DNA of 11,634 bases, taken from the NCBI GenBank assembly GCA_964645535.1, contig CAZYCQ010000064.1:1-11634 (forward strand), read 5' to 3'. A program made the translations under genes and the position numbers. The stretch's first letter is position 1. Each line of letters opens with the position of its first letter. The stretch comes from an uncultured archaeon (GTDB lineage Archaea; Asgardarchaeota; Heimdallarchaeia; Heimdallarchaeales; Kariarchaeaceae). Below are positions 6,649 to 11,634 of this stretch, piece after piece. Under the pieces are notes generated by a model. The model was given only the letters and a program-made list of their open reading frames with translations. It made no database searches and was not told the origin of the DNA.

Positions 6649-6795
6649 GTTGTTTGTACGTATATTCCTCTAGAAGCGGTTGAATTCGGATTTTCATCTG
6701 TTTTGACGTTTGAGGATGGCATGTGTTCTGTAAAATTGCATAGATTGCATCTTCATATTTGTCAAATCCTGAAAATATGGATTTGGGAACTGAAA

Positions 6796-8367
6796 ATGGT
6801 TTTATATGTGGAAAGGATAACTGCTCACGGAGTGGGTTCCTACAAAATTCCTGTTCGTGAATTTCTTGGTCACACAGCTTCAGTTACTGCCTTAGCCGGT
6901 AATGGGGCAGGAATATTCATGTCAGGGTCTGAAGACAGAACCGTACGTGTCTGGACCTTCGATTCACTCCAACATGTGTTTGTCGGTCATTCCGCGGCAA
7001 TATCTGCTCTTGCCCTCTCTCCGGATTCTCGATATCTCCTGTCCGGTGGAAAGGAGCTGATCCTTTGGGATCTCCAGCAATTGGAACGGATCCATGCCTT
7101 TCCTCTGGATGCTCGAGTCAATGCCTTGCGGTTTGACGACCGGACAAATACTGCATATGCCGGTTTGGAAGATGGTTCCTTGGTTGTTGTGGATGTAAAT
7201 GGGTTGCAGACATCCATCGTCAAGAAAACCGGAAAGGCAATTGCCGATCTGGCAATACTTTCACGAGACAATTGCCTTGCAGTTGCTTTTCGCGGAGATG
7301 TCATTTCCGTACTGGATTTGGAAGGGTATCAGGAACTTCGCACTCTTGAGATTGATGGAGGTTCGGTTTCCTTGGAATTCTCACCCACCATAGGGTTCTT
7401 GGTCGCTGCCAGCAGGAATGGGCAGATCTATCTGTGGGATCAATCCTGGGAACTCCGAAAGGCTCAAATCCAGCATGCCTTGCCTTTACGTAGCCTATCC
7501 GTCTCTCCGAACGGTTCCTATATCATTGCCGCTGGAATTTCCGGAAAATTGCAGTTTTGGGATAGTGCAACCCTCTCCCATATCCGTACCGTATCCGTGC
7601 TCAATTCTCCAATCAATGCGGTTCAAATACTTGGCAGCGGTGAGATTGTCGTGGCGGGTGCCTCTGGGGGCTCTCTTTTCATCTATTCTGTAGATGGACG
7701 TCTGATCAGTCATTTTACAGGACAATCTCCTGTACTCTCTGTCACTGCCAGTAAAAACCACGTGGCAGCTGGAATCCAATCGCAGACAATCCATGTCTGG
7801 AATCTGAATAACTGGGAATTCCTTGAGGGATCTGTGAAAGACGTCTGGATTAATTCAATTGCGTTTTCTCCTGATCGATCCTTGTTGGCGACTGGATCAA
7901 AGGACAACGTGCTGAGAATCTGGAATGCAAAGACCATGGGATTGCTTCACTCTTTTGTGGGACATCGCCTGCCGGTCAAGTCGGTTGCGTTCTCCCCTGA
8001 TGGACTGCTTTTGGCCTCCGGTTCGTCCGATAAGACGGTTCGTGTCTGGAATGTTGCCACAAAAAAGGAAGTGACGGTGCTTGATGTTCCCCATTGGGTA
8101 CAGGCCGTGACGTTTTCAAAGAACGGGGATTTTCTTGCGGCGTTGCTGATCAATGGTGACCGTCTGTATTGGAAATTACCAACCTTTGAACCCATTCCTC
8201 CTCAAAACAATGTTGAATTTGACCAACGATCCTATTGGGAATCTCCGGAATTTCGAGTTACTGCCTTGGCAGAGACCGTTATTTTGGAAACGGATCATCC
8301 AGATAGGTTCACCAATCCTACAGAATGGGTGCAAACCTCTGAATTCTGTTTTTCACGTATCTCCTGA
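6796..8367 (+). CDS. WD40-repeat (beta-propeller) protein, 523 aa
   Basis: About 11 WD40 repeats, including canonical GHTASVTALA...SGSEDRTVRVW, GHSAAISALALSPD...LWDL, INSIAFSPDRSLLATGSKDNVLRIWN and GHRLPVKSVAFSPDGLLLASGSSDKTVRVWN. Start set at ATG 6796 because the track's extension to 6544 overlaps the opposite-strand gene and an AT-rich spacer. Confidence 0.92.
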   Translation: MVLYVERITAHGVGSYKIPVREFLGHTASVTALAGNGAGIFMSGSEDRTVRVWTFDSLQHVFVGHSAAISALALSPDSRYLLSGGKELILWDLQQLERIHAFPLDARVNALRFDDRTNTAYAGLEDGSLVVVDVNGLQTSIVKKTGKAIADLAILSRDNCLAVAFRGDVISVLDLEGYQELRTLEIDGGSVSLEFSPTIGFLVAASRNGQIYLWDQSWELRKAQIQHALPLRSLSVSPNGSYIIAAGISGKLQFWDSATLSHIRTVSVLNSPINAVQILGSGEIVVAGASGGSLFIYSVDGRLISHFTGQSPVLSVTASKNHVAAGIQSQTIHVWNLNNWEFLEGSVKDVWINSIAFSPDRSLLATGSKDNVLRIWNAKTMGLLHSFVGHRLPVKSVAFSPDGLLLASGSSDKTVRVWNVATKKEVTVLDVPHWVQAVTFSKNGDFLAALLINGDRLYWKLPTFEPIPPQNNVEFDQRSYWESPEFRVTALAETVILETDHPDRFTNPTEWVQTSEFCFSRIS

Positions 8368-8489
8368 AACTTCGGAAAACAATTTTCTCTGGCCATTCTG
8401 CTTCTGACATCCTTTTGGGAGCATCCGCCCTTTCTTTTTGCTCTGCGTTCTCTTCTAGGGAATTTATTTTCCATCAAAAAATGCTCACC

Positions 8490-8496
8490 TTTAAAT
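8490..8496 (+). promoter_or_regulatory. Putative archaeal TATA box (TTTAAAT)
   Basis: Starts 29 nt upstream of ATG 8519, matching a leaderless archaeal promoter geometry. Confidence 0.55.
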
Positions 8497-8512
8497 TGAA
8501 CATCGTTCAATT
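8494..8512. promoter_or_regulatory. Perfect inverted repeat AATTGAAC-ATC-GTTCAATT, putative repressor operator
   Basis: 8-bp arms with a 3-nt spacer, lying between the TATA-like box and the start codon of the 936-aa gene. Confidence 0.6.
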
Positions 8513-8518
8513 GGGGTA

Positions 8519-11329
8519 ATGAAAACTTTTTCCACAGTCTTGTTGATTGTTCTTGTTCTACCGCTTTGGGTTCAAGGAAACACGATTGTCTCTTCTGAAG
8601 GCGAGACCATCCGCCCCATGAACCTGTCGACCAGTTATCCTTCCTATCGAACCAATGTCATCCAAAATGGAGACTTCAACCGTTCTGATGCAGACGGCTT
8701 GCCTTCTGACTGGAATGCCCTCTCAAGTGGACTGGTGCGCAACGAGTTGACGACTGAAGATGTCCATGGTGGCCTTCAAAGTCTGAAATTGAGTGTCCAG
8801 GGAAATTATGCCGTTGAAACCACCTATGCCTACTCTTCTCCTTCCACAACCATATATGTCGAAGACAATCTGGTTCTTGATGTTTGGATGAAGGTGGCAG
8901 GTACCAATGCAACCTTGGGTTCGGTATATTTCTGGTTGCAAGTCACTGATGGCGTTACCTATTACAATCTCTATTTCTATTTCGTTGCCCAATCCATCGG
9001 AAGCAATTCCTCGACCACTTTCTATTTCAACTCATCGATTGGACTTGATGCTTGGCAGAATGTGGTTCTCGACCTGACTCAGGCATCCAGTCAAACAATT
9101 GGATCACTTTCCGGCATTTACATCTCTCAGTTAAGGTTCTATGCAGAATCCATTCCAAAAGCCTCAACTCCCAGGATCACTTACCTTGATGATCTCTCGC
9201 TTTCCAATGCGACCTATGAGGCATTTCCTACAGGGGATTTTGAAACCGATACTGGCGGCTTAAATCTTGTAACTGATCGAGATGCCGGAACGGTCTCCAC
9301 TGCGGATGGCACGGTCACTCTCAATGCAGGATCTCCTATCGGTGGTTATTCCGATGTGGCTCTGGCCAAGAACCTTTATGGCTCCGATTCCCTTACCATC
9401 CTTCCAGGTATGGTTCTTTCTTTGGATTACCTCTATCAGGGAACAAATGAGACCAGTGAGTATTCCCGGCTGTACCTCCGGCTGTACAATGGGTCTTTCA
9501 CTCTTTATACCTTCATTTACTTGGGGAATTCGTCACGATATACTTATTCCTTCTCCAACTTCACCTCCTCTACCTATGGATATCGTTATTTCTTTTCTTC
9601 CCAACCGGGTGGATGGACATCCTTTGATTTTGACTTTTCCATCCTGCGGGATGTCTTCACCACTTCGTTTGTCCTCACCTACATTGAATTATATGTGACG
9701 TCTTCTTTCACCACGGCTCCCACAAATGCAACGCTTCAGGTGGATGAAATTTCCATTGTTGATAATCCCATCTCAGATGCGGGCTTGGAATATGCATGGC
9801 CCAATGGCTACTCCAATTCAATGCTTGGATGGTATGGTAGCCCCTACCCGAAGCTCAACCGAAGTGAAGATGCATATGAAGGCAATTATTCGGCCTATAT
9901 TGCCTCGGAAACCTCATCGGTTTTCCTTTCTCGATCCATGAATATTGAATTCAAGGGTTCCAGTATCTTCACGGATTTCCAACTCAAAATCCTCGATTCG
10001 ACGATTGAAACTGGCAGTTATGCTTATGTCCAGTTGGACTTTGATGTAGGGGCGATCTATTATGTGTTCTCCTATAATGCATCCACTTTTCCAGCAGCCA
10101 ATTCCAGCTCCTCCAGATACTTGCTGGTGGAGATTCCCGAAGGATCTTGGCAAACCCTGACTCGAAATATCGGTGCCGATCTTCAATCTGAATTTGGCAC
10201 TAACGAAGGGGTACTCCAATCCGTGTCCATATCCACATATCGGTTGGATAGTGACCGTTTTGAATTTCTTGTGGATTCTCTTGACTTCATTGTCGATACT
10301 ATCGGACCGGAATTGAAAACCCTTCATGGTTCTTCAAAATTCAACTATTATGATGTTCCACAATGGACTCTCGAAGTTGCAGACGAATTAACGGGCGTTT
10401 CCAAGGTCTGGGTGAACTATAAGGCTGGAGAGGGATGGATGACCGTGCCTGCAAGCTATAACGGATCTGCATATTCAGTCGGGATCCCGCAATTCCCTTA
10501 TGGGACAGAAGTGGTCTACTATTTCCAAGCTAACGATACTTTCGGCAACATTTCCACCTTCAACTCCTCATCCTATTCCTATTCGGTGGGTGATGACATT
10601 CCTCCAACCGTGGAGCTTCAGCTTGCCAACGGCAGTGTGGTCGAAGGCACAATTGAGATTGCAATACGCGCTTCTGATGAGGGTTCCAATATCTCTTCCG
10701 TCCAACTTCTCATTGATGGAACTGAAATCGGTTCCCTTGATACCTCTCCTTTCACCTTCTCCCTTGACACCCGGAGCCTTTCAAATGGCTTGCATCTTCT
10801 TCAGGCAAGAGCCGTCGACAACGCAGGTCAGGAAGGATTGACCGCAAACTTCTCCCTGATTGTGGACAATGATATTGAGGGACCCGCAATCAGTGTTCCC
10901 CTTGTCCTTCCGGCAGAACCGCTGGCTGGAACCCCTGCTTCGGTGGTGGTTTCCGTCACGGATCGAAGCAACATCTCCTCCGTCATTCTCCATTACCGAG
11001 TGGATGATGGAGCATGGCAGGAACAGACCATGACTGGACAGGCCGGTCTGTACAATGGAACCCTTCCTGCAATTTCGGAAGGGCAATCAATTGCCTATTA
11101 CATCTCCGCCAGTGATGAATTCAATCAGACATCCTATAGAGGAACGGAATCCGACCCGTTCGTCTATTCCCTAGGGTCACCACAGGATTTGGGAATGCTG
11201 GAAAGCTATCTTGCCACTGCCAAGCAATATTATGACCAATATGAATTCTTTGCTGGAGGATTGGCAACGCTCCTTCTGCTTCTGGTTGGTCGATTGACCC
11301 TAGCTCGACTGTTCCGCAAGAAAAAGTGA
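8519..11329 (+). CDS. Large membrane-anchored surface glycoprotein: three CBM-like beta-sandwich repeats, three Ig-like domains, C-terminal TM
   Basis: Signal peptide MKTFSTVLLIVLVLPLWVQG. Repeats begin NVIQNGDFN / FPTGDFE / NPISDAGLE and end YLDDLSL / QVDEISI / LVDSLDF. Ig-like modules begin DTIGP, DDIPPTV and DIEGPAI. More than 20 sequons, and a TM helix followed by RLFRKKK. Confidence 0.9.
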   Translation: MKTFSTVLLIVLVLPLWVQGNTIVSSEGETIRPMNLSTSYPSYRTNVIQNGDFNRSDADGLPSDWNALSSGLVRNELTTEDVHGGLQSLKLSVQGNYAVETTYAYSSPSTTIYVEDNLVLDVWMKVAGTNATLGSVYFWLQVTDGVTYYNLYFYFVAQSIGSNSSTTFYFNSSIGLDAWQNVVLDLTQASSQTIGSLSGIYISQLRFYAESIPKASTPRITYLDDLSLSNATYEAFPTGDFETDTGGLNLVTDRDAGTVSTADGTVTLNAGSPIGGYSDVALAKNLYGSDSLTILPGMVLSLDYLYQGTNETSEYSRLYLRLYNGSFTLYTFIYLGNSSRYTYSFSNFTSSTYGYRYFFSSQPGGWTSFDFDFSILRDVFTTSFVLTYIELYVTSSFTTAPTNATLQVDEISIVDNPISDAGLEYAWPNGYSNSMLGWYGSPYPKLNRSEDAYEGNYSAYIASETSSVFLSRSMNIEFKGSSIFTDFQLKILDSTIETGSYAYVQLDFDVGAIYYVFSYNASTFPAANSSSSRYLLVEIPEGSWQTLTRNIGADLQSEFGTNEGVLQSVSISTYRLDSDRFEFLVDSLDFIVDTIGPELKTLHGSSKFNYYDVPQWTLEVADELTGVSKVWVNYKAGEGWMTVPASYNGSAYSVGIPQFPYGTEVVYYFQANDTFGNISTFNSSSYSYSVGDDIPPTVELQLANGSVVEGTIEIAIRASDEGSNISSVQLLIDGTEIGSLDTSPFTFSLDTRSLSNGLHLLQARAVDNAGQEGLTANFSLIVDNDIEGPAISVPLVLPAEPLAGTPASVVVSVTDRSNISSVILHYRVDDGAWQEQTMTGQAGLYNGTLPAISEGQSIAYYISASDEFNQTSYRGTESDPFVYSLGSPQDLGMLESYLATAKQYYDQYEFFAGGLATLLLLLVGRLTLARLFRKKK

Positions 11330-11361
11330 GGGACGCTCTGAAATTCCGAGCCCCATTTCCA

Positions 11362-11369
11362 TTTAAATA
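11362..11369 (+). promoter_or_regulatory. Putative archaeal TATA box (TTTAAATA)
   Basis: Consensus box A starting 33 nt upstream of ATG 11395, with no SD motif. Confidence 0.6.
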
Positions 11370-11394
11370 TCTCCCCCTCGTCTATTGAATCACT

Positions 11395-11634
11395 ATGGAA
11401 GTCCTGAAACAATCGTTCAAGAACGCAGCCCTTTACGACGAATATGTTCATGCAAAGATGTATGCCCAATCCAACATCCTCTGGGGATTTCTTGGATTGG
11501 GTGGATCCTTGATCTCCTATTTCCTGCTGCTGTTGGCAGATGCTCTGGCCATGGAGGAGGCTCCCGTCAGTGCAGGCATCGGTGCTCTTTGGTGGGGTAT
11601 TGTCGGTGCAGGCCTCTTCTTCACCACATATATC
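11395..11634 (+). CDS. 5' part of a hypothetical membrane protein (runs off the window; not in the ORF track)
   Basis: Open frame from ATG 11395 to the window end: MEVLKQSFKNAALYDEYVHAKMYAQSNILWGFLGLGGSLISYFLLLLADALAMEEAPVSAGIGALWWGIVGAGLFFTTYI. Two TM-like segments, preceded by a TATA box. Confidence 0.8.
   Translation, partial: MEVLKQSFKNAALYDEYVHAKMYAQSNILWGFLGLGGSLISYFLLLLADALAMEEAPVSAGIGALWWGIVGAGLFFTTYI

Noticed and set aside
6544-6795. 84-aa N-terminal extension of the WD40 ORF given in the track
   Set aside because: It starts at TTG, overlaps the opposite-strand gene fragment and the AT-rich spacer, and has no WD40 character; ATG 6796 is more plausible.
8498-8508. LexA (Cheo) SOS box
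   Set aside because: The Firmicute box is GAAC-N4-GTTC; here the spacer is 3 nt and the context looks archaeal.
8295-8510. 71-aa basic minus-strand ORF between the WD40 and surface-protein genes
   Set aside because: Its Lys/Arg richness simply mirrors the T/C-rich terminator-like plus strand; it overlaps the WD40 3' end and begins inside the operator palindrome.
1-11634. CRISPR array, tRNA/rRNA, IS or integrase
   Set aside because: No regularly spaced repeats, cloverleaf or rRNA-like segments, transposase or recombinase motifs, or terminal inverted repeats were seen.

Overview
Prokaryotic DNA, most likely archaeal. The features suggest an Asgard/Heimdallarchaeia-like genome, but this is inference: TTTA[A/T]A boxes 29-36 nt before near-leaderless starts, GGAGGT only at operon-internal genes, sequon-rich surface proteins ending in a TM helix plus basic tail, and a stand-alone WD40 protein. 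There are no housekeeping genes, RNA genes, CRISPR arrays or mobile elements; the window is dominated by cell-surface and membrane genes. The main feature is a tightly coupled minus-strand three-gene operon (5884->1060). It encodes (i) a sequon-rich, membrane-anchored tandem Ig-like/Ca-loop protein, (ii) a 939-aa secreted protein with an FG-GAP/VCBS beta-propeller and a C-terminal region holding two aerolysin-like amphipathic beta-hairpins, ending in a Rab-like KKQKCCN tail, and (iii) a polytopic membrane protein. This could be an undescribed pore-forming toxin module with a partner and an immunity protein. Also present are a disrupted membrane-protein gene with a histone-fold-like N-terminus (6648->6041), an 11-repeat WD40 protein, a 936-aa CBM-like/Ig-like surface glycoprotein behind a palindromic operator, and two genes cut by the window edges.
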